A stretch of 53,470 nucleotides of DNA from a virus (IMGVR_UViG_3300023301_000001:1-53470), one strand, 5' to 3'. Shown: positions 42,560 to 53,092, counted from the stretch's first letter. The notes: generated by a model not told the origin, from the letters alone. Numbers and translations are program-made.

Positions 42560-45526
42560 ATGGCTGATCTTGGCGAGGCAAAAGGCAAGATTGTAATTGA
42601 CGCCGACACCTCTGGCCTCAAAAGAGGCGCGGCAGGGATGGATACATTCGGGAGGCAAGCATCCCAGGCGGGCGGGAAGGTCAAGAGGGACCTTGGCCCG
42701 GCGCTCTCCGGGATTGCCACTACAGCCGCCATAGCCGGTGCCGCTCTCGCGGCGGCATTCGGCTTGGCCATCAAGGCCGCGTCTGACTTTGAGTTCCGGC
42801 TCTCCGCTATCCAGGCAGTATCGGGCGGGACCGAGGAAGCCATGGCGGCAATCTCGGAGAAGGCGCTACAGATTGGTCGTGACACCGCGTATGGCGCGGG
42901 TGATGCGGCGGGCGCCATGGAGGATCTCGCCAAGGCCGGTCTGTCGCTTGATGACATCATGAACGGCGCGGCTGACGCCACCGTCGCGCTCGCGGCGGCG
43001 GGCGAGGTGGAGTTGTCCGACGCGGCGACAATCGCGTCCAATGCCATGAACCAATTCGGCTTGACCGCCGAGGACATGGCGAACGTCGCCAACAAGATCT
43101 CCGGCGCGGCGAACTCCTCCGCAATCAACGTGAACAACTTTGGGAAGTCGCTGACCCAAGTCGGCGCGGTCGCAAACCTTGCTGGAGCATCGTTTGATGA
43201 CACGGCGGTTGCGATTGCCCTAATGGGTAACGCGGGTATCAAGGGAGGCGACGCGGGAACCTCGCTCAAGTCGATGTTCTTGAGGCTCAACCCGGAGTCT
43301 GCCAAGGCCAAGGATTTGATGAAGGAACTCGGGCTGATCACCGCAGACGGTGCCAACCAGTTCTATGACGCCGAGGGCAGCATGAAGTCCATGTCGGAGG
43401 TCTCTCAAGTCCTCCAGGACTCGCTCGCCGGAATGACCAAGCAGCAGCAGCAAGCGACCCTAACCACCCTGTTTGGATCTGACGCCATCCGTGGTGCGGC
43501 GGTCCTAGCCGAGAATGGCGCGGCTGGATTTGACAAGATGGCCGCCAGCGTCGGATCTGTCGATGCCGGCGAGGTCGCGGCGGGACGCTTGGACAACCTC
43601 TCGGGCTCCATTACAATCATGAAGGGCTCGCTGGAGACTGCCGCCATCACCCTTGGGATGAACTTCACGCCGGCAATTAAGGAACTTGTCGACAAGGCAA
43701 CCTTGGCGATCAATATGTTTGGGTCTCTCGACAAGTCGACTCAGAAACAAATCGGGCTCTGGGTTGCGGGCGGAGCCGGAGCCGCCTTGCTTACCGCAGC
43801 AATTGCCAAGATGGCTTTGTCTGCGATGAAGATGCGGACTAACATCCTCCTGGCGAGCGGCGCGCAGACTGTCTTTGGCAAGACCGGCGCTATCATGACG
43901 AGCGTTACAAAGTCAATGGCGGTCGCTCAAAAGATCTACAACTCTGCGATGAACGCCAACCCAATTCTGAGAGTCGTGACGATTGTCCTTGCGCTGATTG
44001 CGGTGCTGATCACGCTCGCCGGAGGATGGGATGAGGTTAAGGCTTCATTTGAGCCGGTGATGGCGCAACTGGAAGATGCGATGACGCAACTCCAGCCGGT
44101 CATCAAGGAACTCCTTGACGTGTTCATGGAATTGGTCACCGGGATTGTTGCGGAGTTGCTCCCGATAATCATGGAATTGGCCCAGCAACTATTCCCGCTG
44201 ATCATGGATGTCATCCTCGCGCTAGTTCCGATCATCTCGCAACTCGTGACGGTCATGGCCGACATCCTCGGGCCGGTCCTCCAACTTGTTGCCATACTCC
44301 TCGCCGCGCTCGCTCCGGTCATCAGTCTCCTCCTCGCCGCGCTGACGCCTCTCATCAACCTTCTTCTCATGGTACTCGTGCCGGTCATCAATGCCGTCGT
44401 GTGGGTCCTGGACAAACTCACTCAAGGGATTGGCTGGGTGATCGACAAGGTCAAGGCATTCTTCACCTCCACCGATGAGGCGACCTCGGGAGCGAGTAGC
44501 GCGTGGGAATCCTTCATGGCTATTGTGCAGCCGGTCATCGACTGGTTCACGGATGTTGTATGGCCAGCGATCAAATCCGTCATCGATTGGATAGTGGACG
44601 CATTCCAAGTCTGGCTGGAATCCGTAACTGGCGCGTGGAATGCGGTCTGGGATGTTATCAAATCGTTCCTGACTTGGTGGGATGAGAATGTCGCGCCGCT
44701 CATCCAAGCCGTTGTTGACCTTGTGGTTGCAATATTCAACCTATGGTGGGCGGTAGTCAGCGCCGTTTGGAATGCGGTCTGGGACCTGATTGAATCGTTC
44801 GTGGAGTGGTTCCAGAGGAATGTCCAGCCGCCAATCAGCAGGGTTGTCAATCTCGTCATCGGCGTATTCAAGACGATGCGCAATTTCGTTACCGGAGTGT
44901 TTAGTGCGATTTGGTCCAAGATCAAGGAAGTTGTCGGATGGGTAGTTGACAGGATCACTACCTCATGGAACACGCTCACCGGGATTGTCTCTGGCATCTT
45001 CACGACGGTTCAGGACAAGATTGAAGAGCCGCTCCAAAAGGCTCTCGACTTCATCGGGACGATCAAGGACAAGGTTGTTGACGCTTTCAGAAATGCCGGC
45101 ACCTGGCTTAAAGATGCTGGAGCGAAGATTATCAACGGCCTCAAAGAAGGAATTGAGAACACGATTGGTAGGGTCAAGGACACTTTGACAGACCTCACCG
45201 ACAAGATCGTGGGATGGAAGGGTCCGCCCAAGCGCGATGCACTCCTACTTGAGCAGAATGGTGAGTTGATTATGAAGGGCCTCATGTCCGGCATCCAGTC
45301 TCAAGTCGGGAACCTCCACGGGCTCCTCGGCGGGATGAATGTAAGCATCCCTGCCGCTTTGAACGGGAGTATGCTTGGCGGAGGAGTGGGCGGCGGAAGT
45401 ACGGATGCCCGGCAGTTCAACTTTGACTACAAGGCCGCGCCGGGCTCGGCGCAGATTAGCGGAGAGGATGAACTGATGCGAGCAATGCGACGTGCCCGTG
45501 TAACGGTTCCTGGGTGGGCAGCATGA
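42560..45526 (+). CDS. Tape measure protein
   Basis: 988 aa, Ala-rich, TP901-type core (GIKGGDAGTSLK, LFGSDA), Trp-periodic repeats, KGPP..D..LL. Confidence 0.95.
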   Translation: MADLGEAKGKIVIDADTSGLKRGAAGMDTFGRQASQAGGKVKRDLGPALSGIATTAAIAGAALAAAFGLAIKAASDFEFRLSAIQAVSGGTEEAMAAISEKALQIGRDTAYGAGDAAGAMEDLAKAGLSLDDIMNGAADATVALAAAGEVELSDAATIASNAMNQFGLTAEDMANVANKISGAANSSAINVNNFGKSLTQVGAVANLAGASFDDTAVAIALMGNAGIKGGDAGTSLKSMFLRLNPESAKAKDLMKELGLITADGANQFYDAEGSMKSMSEVSQVLQDSLAGMTKQQQQATLTTLFGSDAIRGAAVLAENGAAGFDKMAASVGSVDAGEVAAGRLDNLSGSITIMKGSLETAAITLGMNFTPAIKELVDKATLAINMFGSLDKSTQKQIGLWVAGGAGAALLTAAIAKMALSAMKMRTNILLASGAQTVFGKTGAIMTSVTKSMAVAQKIYNSAMNANPILRVVTIVLALIAVLITLAGGWDEVKASFEPVMAQLEDAMTQLQPVIKELLDVFMELVTGIVAELLPIIMELAQQLFPLIMDVILALVPIISQLVTVMADILGPVLQLVAILLAALAPVISLLLAALTPLINLLLMVLVPVINAVVWVLDKLTQGIGWVIDKVKAFFTSTDEATSGASSAWESFMAIVQPVIDWFTDVVWPAIKSVIDWIVDAFQVWLESVTGAWNAVWDVIKSFLTWWDENVAPLIQAVVDLVVAIFNLWWAVVSAVWNAVWDLIESFVEWFQRNVQPPISRVVNLVIGVFKTMRNFVTGVFSAIWSKIKEVVGWVVDRITTSWNTLTGIVSGIFTTVQDKIEEPLQKALDFIGTIKDKVVDAFRNAGTWLKDAGAKIINGLKEGIENTIGRVKDTLTDLTDKIVGWKGPPKRDALLLEQNGELIMKGLMSGIQSQVGNLHGLLGGMNVSIPAALNGSMLGGGVGGGSTDARQFNFDYKAAPGSAQISGEDELMRAMRRARVTVPGWAA

Positions 45527-46401
45527 CCGCGCTGAAATGGACCCTGGAGAATGCCGGGAATGTCATTGAACTGCGCGGTCGCTCGGTCCAGGATTACCTC
45601 AAAGCGGCGGGCCGACAGGGCTTTGGAGTTGCTCCGACAAAAGTGTACATGAGGGAGAGCGTCCGGGGCGGCTCCCAGCATCGCAGGACGGTGCGACAAT
45701 CTCGCGACATCGACTTGCCTCTGGTCATCTTTGGAGCGGAGCGCCAGGAGATTGAGGACCGCATGCGAGCGCTCACCCGGCTCCTCCATGACCACAAGAC
45801 CACAGCCAAGTTGGTAGCGACCTATCCGGACGGCGAGCGGGTGTTCACGCGCGTCCACTATGCCGGAGGAGCCGACCCGCAGTATGGGAGTTCTGACACC
45901 GACGCAGAGACCATGGCGCGGTGGGCGCTTGCGCTAGTCGCGCCGGACCCGTACTGGACCGCTGAGACGGCAGTCTCATACGTGTTCAAGTCCGCCAACC
46001 AAGGCCGTGGCCTGATCCTTGACGCGCCGCTCTCGCAGATGCAATTGTCGTCCTCTCAAGCACTCGGCTCGGCGACCGTGGAGAATCCGGGAGATGTCGC
46101 AGTCCAGCCGGTCTGGACTTTCACCGGACCTGCCGACACGGTCCTTGTATCGCTTGCCGATGGCTCTGAGATCCCGTACAACGCCGTCATCGCGGCGGGC
46201 GAGATTATCATCATCGACACGATCAACAAAAAGGTATATGACCAAAATGGTGATGAGGCCGTGTTCAGCAATCTCGGCGACTTCTTCCGCTTCTTTGCTA
46301 TCCCGAGCGGGAGTTCAGTTGTGTCTGTAGAAATGACAAATGTCACCTCTGACTCCCGGATTGCGCTTGTGTTCAGCCCCAAGCGGGAGTTGGTGTTCTG
46401 A
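45523..46401 (+). CDS. Distal tail (Dit-like) protein
   Basis: Follows tape measure; APDPYW, NPGDV..PVW. Confidence 0.8.
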   Translation: MTALKWTLENAGNVIELRGRSVQDYLKAAGRQGFGVAPTKVYMRESVRGGSQHRRTVRQSRDIDLPLVIFGAERQEIEDRMRALTRLLHDHKTTAKLVATYPDGERVFTRVHYAGGADPQYGSSDTDAETMARWALALVAPDPYWTAETAVSYVFKSANQGRGLILDAPLSQMQLSSSQALGSATVENPGDVAVQPVWTFTGPADTVLVSLADGSEIPYNAVIAAGEIIIIDTINKKVYDQNGDEAVFSNLGDFFRFFAIPSGSSVVSVEMTNVTSDSRIALVFSPKRELVF

Positions 46402-48668
46402 TGGAGATCAAGGATATCACAATTGAGATTCGCTCAGTCAATCTTGGGCGCATCGGAGCCGTCAACCTTGATGACATTGACAAACTTCAATTCATTAAGC
46501 GATACCGCAACGTGGGCTCCTTTGCCCTAGCGCTTCCCGCAGAGTCTAACGCTGTGCCGCTCCTTGCTCAACCGGGCCGAGGCATCGTCATCCGAGGCCG
46601 CGTGGAGGACTCCGCGCCGAGCCTCATCAGCGGCGTGATCGTGCCGGCAAATCCGAACTATGGCGTGCTGTTCTCCGGGCCGGTCACGAATTGGGTCAAG
46701 AGCGAGTCTGCTGGGGACCCAATTGGCGGCTTCACATTCATGGGCTCGGATGACAACATCCATCTCGCCGACGCTCTCGCCTATGGAGATCCGGCGAATG
46801 TCGCGAGTGCACAAGCGAAGGCGTATGATGTGCGCTCCGGTGTCGCGGAGACCGTTATGCGGGACTATGTAGCGGCGAACATCGTCAGTGGCTCCTCGTT
46901 GGGTTCTCGGGCTGTTCCGGGTGTAGTCCTCAACCCCGCCGACCTCGGGAGGGGCGGAGCGGTCTCCGGGCGGGCTCGCTTTAAGGTCCTTGGCGGACTC
47001 CTCAATGAACTCGGGGTCCAGGGCGGTGTCGGATTTGACATGGTCCAGAACGGTTCCGAGATCTGGTTTGAGGTCTATGAGCCGGTTGACAAGTCCAATA
47101 CCATCGTGATGAACATTGAGAATGATCAATTGGACTCTACGGCGTATGGATTTGCAGCCCCGAGCGCGACCCGGGCGCTGGTTGCCGGGCAGGGTGAAGG
47201 CAAGGACCGGATGGTGGTTCAGAGGACCACTGCGGAGAGCCTCGCGGCGGAGGTTGACTGGGGTCGGAAGCCAGAGCGGTTCAAGGATCGCCGCGACGCT
47301 GAGTTGCTCGCCGACTTGGAGTTGGAGGGTGACACGGTAGTGACCGAGAATGGCCACGTGATCACCTCGCTCTCGGTCGCGCCGACGAATGACAGCACGA
47401 TGGACTACGGGCGCCATTGGCGCCTCGGTGACCTCGTGAAGGTGATCGTGGATGACCAGCCGCTAGTTGCCGTTGTCTCTGAGGCTCTCGTGATGCTCAC
47501 GCCGGACGGGATTGTGACCAGCGCGACCATCGGCGAGCCGACTGGATTTGACTTTGAGTCCAAGATCATCGCGAACCAGGAGCAAGCCTCAAAGAGGATC
47601 TCCAACCTTGAGGTGAACTCGCTAACCACAACCACCGACGTGTCGCCGACCGGAGGCACTTTGGCTCTCCGCGACGCGAGCGGGCGGGCTCAGTTCACAG
47701 ACCCAGTAGCGGCCCAGGATGCGGCGACAAAGGCATCTAGCGAGGCGGCGGCGGACGGTGCGCAGACGGCGGCTGAATCGTTCGCTACAGCGGCTGATAG
47801 GTCTTTCACCTTTGCGTATGACTCTGCGCCCTATACCGCCCTCAGCACGCCTGATGATTTTCCAGTGGGGATCACGGTGTTTGCGTTCGGGCCACATAGC
47901 GGGTGGCCGACTACGGGTTTTGCAACAGTAGAAACTGTGAGGATTCTCGACTACAGAACGGTGCAGCGCTACAACGACAAGAACACGGGTGATGTGTGGG
48001 TTCGTATGGGCGATAACACGGGCCTGTGGAAGCCGTGGTATCAACAAGCAGATACCGCCTACGCAGATGCGGCACAGACGGCGGCACAGTTGTTCGCTAC
48101 GAGTGCAGATGGTGCGCTAGGTGCTACAGCGGCAACAGCAAACACTCTTGCCAAGCGTGACGCCAGCGCTCGCATCAAGGCCGCTAACGGCGTTGCGGCT
48201 GGTGACGTGGCGACCAAGGGTCAGGTTGACGCCGCGCTCGTGGGCACATGGCAAGCAATCTGGATGGCAGTACGCACCACCACCCTGAGCATCCCCACCA
48301 ACATCGCCACTCTCGTGACGTGGCCAACCGCTTACTACGACCCACTCAGCCTCACCGTCAACGCTTCGGGCTACATCGAGGTCCCGACAGACGGTTACTA
48401 CCGCGCGTTCTTCCACTCGTCTTGGCAGAGTAACGCCAGCGGCACCTATCGGATCGCTTATTGGGAGACGGATCGGGCGGAGGACTCCGATTGGGGGCTA
48501 ACAATGGCACCGACCGGCGTGACGATGCGTGCGCCTTTTGTGGTGGGCGCGGTCTACCTCACAGCAGGGACCGAGGTCTCAATCTCCGTGCGACAAAACA
48601 GCGGCGCAACGCTTCAATTGGGGGCGTCAGGGCAGGCCCGCCTGGTTTTGGAACGGATGATCGGATGA
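46401..48668 (+). CDS. Minor tail hub protein (Gp37-like) fused to C-terminal fibre/receptor-binding domains
   Basis: VAGQGEG..R, ERFKDRRD, YG..W.LGD.V; C-terminal repeats and beta domain with different codon usage. Confidence 0.8.
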   Translation: MEIKDITIEIRSVNLGRIGAVNLDDIDKLQFIKRYRNVGSFALALPAESNAVPLLAQPGRGIVIRGRVEDSAPSLISGVIVPANPNYGVLFSGPVTNWVKSESAGDPIGGFTFMGSDDNIHLADALAYGDPANVASAQAKAYDVRSGVAETVMRDYVAANIVSGSSLGSRAVPGVVLNPADLGRGGAVSGRARFKVLGGLLNELGVQGGVGFDMVQNGSEIWFEVYEPVDKSNTIVMNIENDQLDSTAYGFAAPSATRALVAGQGEGKDRMVVQRTTAESLAAEVDWGRKPERFKDRRDAELLADLELEGDTVVTENGHVITSLSVAPTNDSTMDYGRHWRLGDLVKVIVDDQPLVAVVSEALVMLTPDGIVTSATIGEPTGFDFESKIIANQEQASKRISNLEVNSLTTTTDVSPTGGTLALRDASGRAQFTDPVAAQDAATKASSEAAADGAQTAAESFATAADRSFTFAYDSAPYTALSTPDDFPVGITVFAFGPHSGWPTTGFATVETVRILDYRTVQRYNDKNTGDVWVRMGDNTGLWKPWYQQADTAYADAAQTAAQLFATSADGALGATAATANTLAKRDASARIKAANGVAAGDVATKGQVDAALVGTWQAIWMAVRTTTLSIPTNIATLVTWPTAYYDPLSLTVNASGYIEVPTDGYYRAFFHSSWQSNASGTYRIAYWETDRAEDSDWGLTMAPTGVTMRAPFVVGAVYLTAGTEVSISVRQNSGATLQLGASGQARLVLERMIG

Positions 48669-48739
48669 CCGGCACGATCAAGGCGGTGAAGGTCGCATGA
48701 CCAAAGCACGTACAATAGAAATGATGGAAGGAGCGAATC

Positions 48740-49432
48740 ATGGCTGAGAGTTCATATCCGTTTGATAATGCGAACACGACAGAGACCCAATACTCAGAAT
48801 TGTTCAAGAGGCTTCAGGATTCTGGCGTGTGGGCCGGAAGCGACGTTGATGAACTCAAGGTCACTCCGGACACCGGCCTAGCGCTCACCGTCAATCCTGG
48901 TTTTGGATACGTTCGCGGGCACGTGTACATCAATGATGCCGCTCTGAGCGTCGCGGTCGACGCGGGCGGGGCCAACCCCCGAATCGACTTGATCATCCTC
49001 CGGCTGGACCCCACGGCAAACTCGGTCATCGCGACGGTCCTGAAGGGCTCGCCGCTCGCCTCGCCGGTCGCTCCGGCTCTCACACAGACTGACGCGGGAA
49101 TCTATGAGATGGAGTTGGCCCGCGTCGCGGTCGCGGCCTCGGCGGCTTCTATCTCGGCGGGAGACATCACCGACCGCCGACCCTACATGGGAACCGCTAA
49201 CGGCTTCTGGACCACCTCGCGCCGCCCGGCCTCGCCGAGGCTCGGCAAGCAGGGCTTCAACGTCACGCTCGGTTACTCAGAGGAGTGGGACGGGACGGCA
49301 TGGAAGCCAGCCGGTCAGCCTGACGCAATCGACGCGACCACGCTCAACGGCCGCAAGATCTATGACGGGACCGTCGCGCCTACCGCAGCATTCGGGAATG
49401 ACGGCGATTTGTTCGCGGTTTGGCAGGCGTAG
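48740..49432 (+). CDS. Minor tail protein
   Basis: SYPFD, PRIDLIILRLD, KG.P...P.L.Q...YE..LA.V, DRR. Confidence 0.8.
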   Translation: MAESSYPFDNANTTETQYSELFKRLQDSGVWAGSDVDELKVTPDTGLALTVNPGFGYVRGHVYINDAALSVAVDAGGANPRIDLIILRLDPTANSVIATVLKGSPLASPVAPALTQTDAGIYEMELARVAVAASAASISAGDITDRRPYMGTANGFWTTSRRPASPRLGKQGFNVTLGYSEEWDGTAWKPAGQPDAIDATTLNGRKIYDGTVAPTAAFGNDGDLFAVWQA

Positions 49433-49435
49433 CCC

Positions 49436-49558
49436 ATGACCCTATTCTCTGACCAATACAACGGGAGCAGGCCATATCGGCTTGATCTGATTGTCACTCG
49501 GGCCGCGCGTCGTGCGGGTCTTGACGCGCACGCAGGACTAGGAACGGTGGCTGTCTGA
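49436..49558 (+). pseudogene. 40-aa ORF, probable chimeric remnant of a replaced tail-gene 5' end
   Basis: MTLFSDQYNGSRPYRLDLIVT resembles the start of the next gene (TLRLNVSE); TGATG coupling. Confidence 0.4.
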
Positions 49559-51222
49559 TGGCTGATGCTTCAACTGGCGCGGGCGGCACTCTCCGCCTTA
49601 ATGTAAGCGAGTCCTCACCGAATGTTGCGGCTAACACGTCTGTTGTGTCGTGGTGGCTGTATCTGATTGAGGACAATACGAGTTGGTACTCCTCGTTTAA
49701 CGGTTCGGTCGTAGGAAACTCTGTTGTTGTTGATGGCTCAACTAAGTGGTCTGGGTCATTTTCATTCGACTGGCGAACGGCTAGTTATAAGTCGACGCTT
49801 ATTGATTCAGGCTCAACGACGGTCACCCACGACGCTGACGGCACGAAGTCGCTGAATGTGGTCGGCAACATGGGCAACACGGGCACGTCTGGTGCTGGTG
49901 GTCCCACGAGCGTGACGGTCAGCATGGTGCTGCCTCGCATTACTCAAAAGCCAAGCACGCCAGCGGCATCTACTGAATCTGCGGTAACGGGAAGCGGGTT
50001 CACGCTCGCCTGGCCAGACCCGGCAGATTGGGGTGGCGATAACACAAGCGACTTCCTGGTGCAAGTATCAACATCGGCAACATTCGCATCGGCTGTTGAG
50101 CAATATTCTGTCATCGGCAACACGCTAACTCTCGGGAGCCGCTCTCCAAATACGGCATACTATGAGCGGCATTATGCGGCGAATGAAGCGGGCGCTTCCG
50201 GCTGGTCCCCGACAAACACGATCACGACGCCGATTGTTGCACCGGCAACGCCGGTCAGCGCCTCTGCTAGCGGCATTAGCAGTAGTGGCGCTACCCTATC
50301 TCTGCCAGATCCTACAAGTTGGGGCGGAGAGGATACAAGCCAATTTGATGTTCTAGTCTCCACGAGTTCGGCATTCACAGGGGCCACTCCGGTATCCGTA
50401 ACTGGAAACACAAAAGCACTTTCAGGACTTGCTACCGCCACCCGGCATTACTTCAAACACCGCGCCAAGAACTCTGCCGGGCCGGGTGGATACTCGGTGG
50501 CGCAATCATTCGTGACAAGTATCGCCACGCCGAGCGCTCCGGGCGCTCCGATCATCTCCGGGGTCTCGGGAACCTCGGCGCGAGCCGACTGGGCAGACCC
50601 GGCTGACTGGGGCGGTGAAAACACGAGCCAGTTTGACCTCCTACTTGCGACTAACGCCGGGATGACCTCGCCAACCGTCATCCCGCAAGGAGACAACGAC
50701 CACACATGGACCGGCATGACTCCCGGCGACCAATACTGGGCGTCGGTCAAAGCCAAGAATGCTGCGGGCTCCGGCCCGGCATCCGTCGTGACGGGACCGT
50801 TCACGATGCTGGACTTCCCGAGCGCTCCGCAGAATCCCGTTGTGTCAAATCTCCGGGCCAAGTCTGTGACGCTTGCCGTGGACGCTCCGGCCTCCAATGG
50901 CGGCGCTACAATCACCGCCTATCGGCTCCAGATCGCTACCGATGCCGCCTTCACGGCTCTGGTCTACAACGCCACCTCCGCGTCGCTCTTGCGGGCGGTC
51001 TCGGGCCTTGATCCTTCTACAGGGTACTTCTACAGGATCGCCGCCATCAACTCGGTCGGCACAGGCGCTTATGTGGATGGAACGTTCACAACCAAGAGTG
51101 CCGCTGTGATCCAAAAGACATCGGCGGTCAAGGAGATCTCGGACATCTACATCCAGAAGTCCGGAACCCCAAAACTGGTTACGCGGCTGCTCACCAAGAG
51201 CGGCGGAGCGTGGCGAGACTAA
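49558..51222 (+). CDS. Tail protein with DUF859-like N-terminus and four fibronectin type III repeats
   Basis: HDADGTKS motif; four repeats with P..P / DP..WGG or NGG / Y...A.N..G. Confidence 0.85.
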   Translation: MADASTGAGGTLRLNVSESSPNVAANTSVVSWWLYLIEDNTSWYSSFNGSVVGNSVVVDGSTKWSGSFSFDWRTASYKSTLIDSGSTTVTHDADGTKSLNVVGNMGNTGTSGAGGPTSVTVSMVLPRITQKPSTPAASTESAVTGSGFTLAWPDPADWGGDNTSDFLVQVSTSATFASAVEQYSVIGNTLTLGSRSPNTAYYERHYAANEAGASGWSPTNTITTPIVAPATPVSASASGISSSGATLSLPDPTSWGGEDTSQFDVLVSTSSAFTGATPVSVTGNTKALSGLATATRHYFKHRAKNSAGPGGYSVAQSFVTSIATPSAPGAPIISGVSGTSARADWADPADWGGENTSQFDLLLATNAGMTSPTVIPQGDNDHTWTGMTPGDQYWASVKAKNAAGSGPASVVTGPFTMLDFPSAPQNPVVSNLRAKSVTLAVDAPASNGGATITAYRLQIATDAAFTALVYNATSASLLRAVSGLDPSTGYFYRIAAINSVGTGAYVDGTFTTKSAAVIQKTSAVKEISDIYIQKSGTPKLVTRLLTKSGGAWRD

Positions 51223-51235
51223 CAAGGAGGATCGC

Positions 51236-52240
51236 ATGTCAGATTGGATGCCCGGGGCTGTCAAGAAGCCCATCACCAAGCACTACCGGGCGCGCACCGG
51301 AGGAGCGCGAGTCAATGCGCAGATTGACCACATCGCAGTCTCCAACGCCGACTCGCTGTATGGCTTCTTCTCAGGAGCCGGAGTTTGCGCACACATGTAT
51401 GTCCGGCGCTCGGGAGTCATCGAGCAGTACATGCCCGCTTGGTCCAAGTCCAAGAGCGAGCGCGTGGGAAACAACAGGACCTTCTCAGTGGAGACCCAAG
51501 GCGGATTTGGCCAGGAGCCGTGGACCCCGCAGCAGGTCAAGTCGCTCGCCGCTATCGCGAGGTGGATGCATGATGACCACTCGGTCCCGCTCTCGCTGAT
51601 GGCGAACTCGCACACCCACACAGCCGGTATTGGCTACCACCGACTAGGCATTGACGGGAACTTCCCGCACGATGCTCTGTTTGGCGGTCGCCAGGAGCGC
51701 GGTGGCGGCGAGTCGTGGTCATTTTCACGCGGCAAGACCTGCCCCGATAACTCCGCGCGACCGGCTGACAGCGTGTCACGTATCGCGCAGATGCCCGAGA
51801 TCATCGCCTTGGCTATTGAAGGGCATGTTGGATTCCCGCCGACCAATCCTGGCACGCCGAGCGTTCCGGGTGGATACGGCTTGGACCTTGACGGGTGGTG
51901 GGGATCGCTCACAACGTTCGCTCTCCAGGATTACCTCTCCACAGAGGAGGATGGCGTTGTCTCTCGCCAGGGCCGCGTGAACCGAGCAAGGAACCCGGGA
52001 TTGACATCCGGTTGGGACTGGACCGGGAGGTTCTGGGACAATGGTTCGCTGGTCATCCGGGCTCTCCAGAGCCACCTCCTGAGCAAGGGTTTCAGCCCGG
52101 GCCGGATCGACGGCAGAATTGGCCCGAACACCATCCGGGCTCTCCAGAGGTATCTCGGCACAAATGCTGATGGAGAACTTTGGGACCAATCTCCCGCAAT
52201 CGCCGCGCTGCAAGCACGACTCAACGCGGCAACCCTATAA
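51236..52240 (+). CDS. Endolysin: N-acetylmuramoyl-L-alanine amidase + peptidoglycan-binding domains
   Basis: H, AHMYV...IEQY, SVETQG, GYH, KTCP; DG.WG..T..ALQ repeats. Confidence 0.9.
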   Translation: MSDWMPGAVKKPITKHYRARTGGARVNAQIDHIAVSNADSLYGFFSGAGVCAHMYVRRSGVIEQYMPAWSKSKSERVGNNRTFSVETQGGFGQEPWTPQQVKSLAAIARWMHDDHSVPLSLMANSHTHTAGIGYHRLGIDGNFPHDALFGGRQERGGGESWSFSRGKTCPDNSARPADSVSRIAQMPEIIALAIEGHVGFPPTNPGTPSVPGGYGLDLDGWWGSLTTFALQDYLSTEEDGVVSRQGRVNRARNPGLTSGWDWTGRFWDNGSLVIRALQSHLLSKGFSPGRIDGRIGPNTIRALQRYLGTNADGELWDQSPAIAALQARLNAATL

Positions 52241-52257
52241 GAAGAGAAGGGAACGAC

Positions 52258-52461
52258 ATGACAGCACCAATCCAGGGCGAGTACAAGCCCATCATCCCGC
52301 CCATCGTTCGCACGGTGGTCTACTATCTCGGAGTTGCTGCGGGCGCGGTCGGCATCGTCCTCGTGGGCAATCCTACGGTGGCACGGGTAGCACTTGCCAT
52401 CGGCTTCATCGCCGGATCTCTCGGCGTGGCCTACCGGCCCACCAAGGCTGTAGCGAAGTAA
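52258..52461 (+). CDS. Holin (2 TM)
   Basis: IPP.VRTVVY; two hydrophobic helices directly after the lysin. Confidence 0.75.
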   Translation: MTAPIQGEYKPIIPPIVRTVVYYLGVAAGAVGIVLVGNPTVARVALAIGFIAGSLGVAYRPTKAVAK

Positions 52462-52538
52462 CCGGATGCCGGGTTGTCGATGGTCGCTACGGTGGTCACC
52501 GAGAGCCCGGCTCCTTACTGCCAGAAAGGAATGAGCGC

Positions 52539-52943
52539 ATGACCGAGCCCGACCCTAACGCTGTGCCGCTCCGCGAGTATGTGGAGGCCATGCTCCGCCA
52601 GCGGGACAAGCATATTGATCAGGCTATCCAAGCAGCGGCTATCGCAACAACAAAGGCTGAGGCTGCTACTGAGAGACGGTTTGAGGGCGTCAACGAGTTC
52701 CGGGCGGCGCTCAGCGACCTCGCAGCGCTACAGGTTCCGCGCGCTGAGTTCACACTCGCGCTTAGCCAAATCAATTCTAAGATCGAAGACCTCAAGATTG
52801 CCACCGATACCAAAATCTCTGACCTCCGAGGATCGAACCGGGCCGGAGCCTCAGCCCTGTGGGGGTACATCGTCGGCGCAGGCGGCTTCCTCTCGACAAT
52901 CATCACCGTCGTGGTCTTACTCTCTCGGAGCGGAGCGAACTGA
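52539..52943 (+). CDS. Membrane protein (coiled coil + C-terminal TM), lysis cassette
   Basis: KAEAATERRFEGVNEFRAALSD; C-terminal hydrophobic helix. Confidence 0.75.
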   Translation: MTEPDPNAVPLREYVEAMLRQRDKHIDQAIQAAAIATTKAEAATERRFEGVNEFRAALSDLAALQVPRAEFTLALSQINSKIEDLKIATDTKISDLRGSNRAGASALWGYIVGAGGFLSTIITVVVLLSRSGAN

Positions 52944-53092
52944 TGCCTGAGTCTGTCATGCTTGTAGTGCTGGGTGGCCTGTTTGGGTTCCTCCTCGGCA
53001 AGACTCTCGACGCGGCTCCGAGGTGGGCGACGTGGGCGGTGCTTGCCGCGTTCGTGGTCCTGGCCATCATCACTTTCAGGCCTACCATGTAG
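52943..53092 (+). CDS. Small membrane protein (2 TM)
   Basis: TGATG coupling; hydrophobic. Confidence 0.6.
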   Translation: MPESVMLVVLGGLFGFLLGKTLDAAPRWATWAVLAAFVVLAIITFRPTM

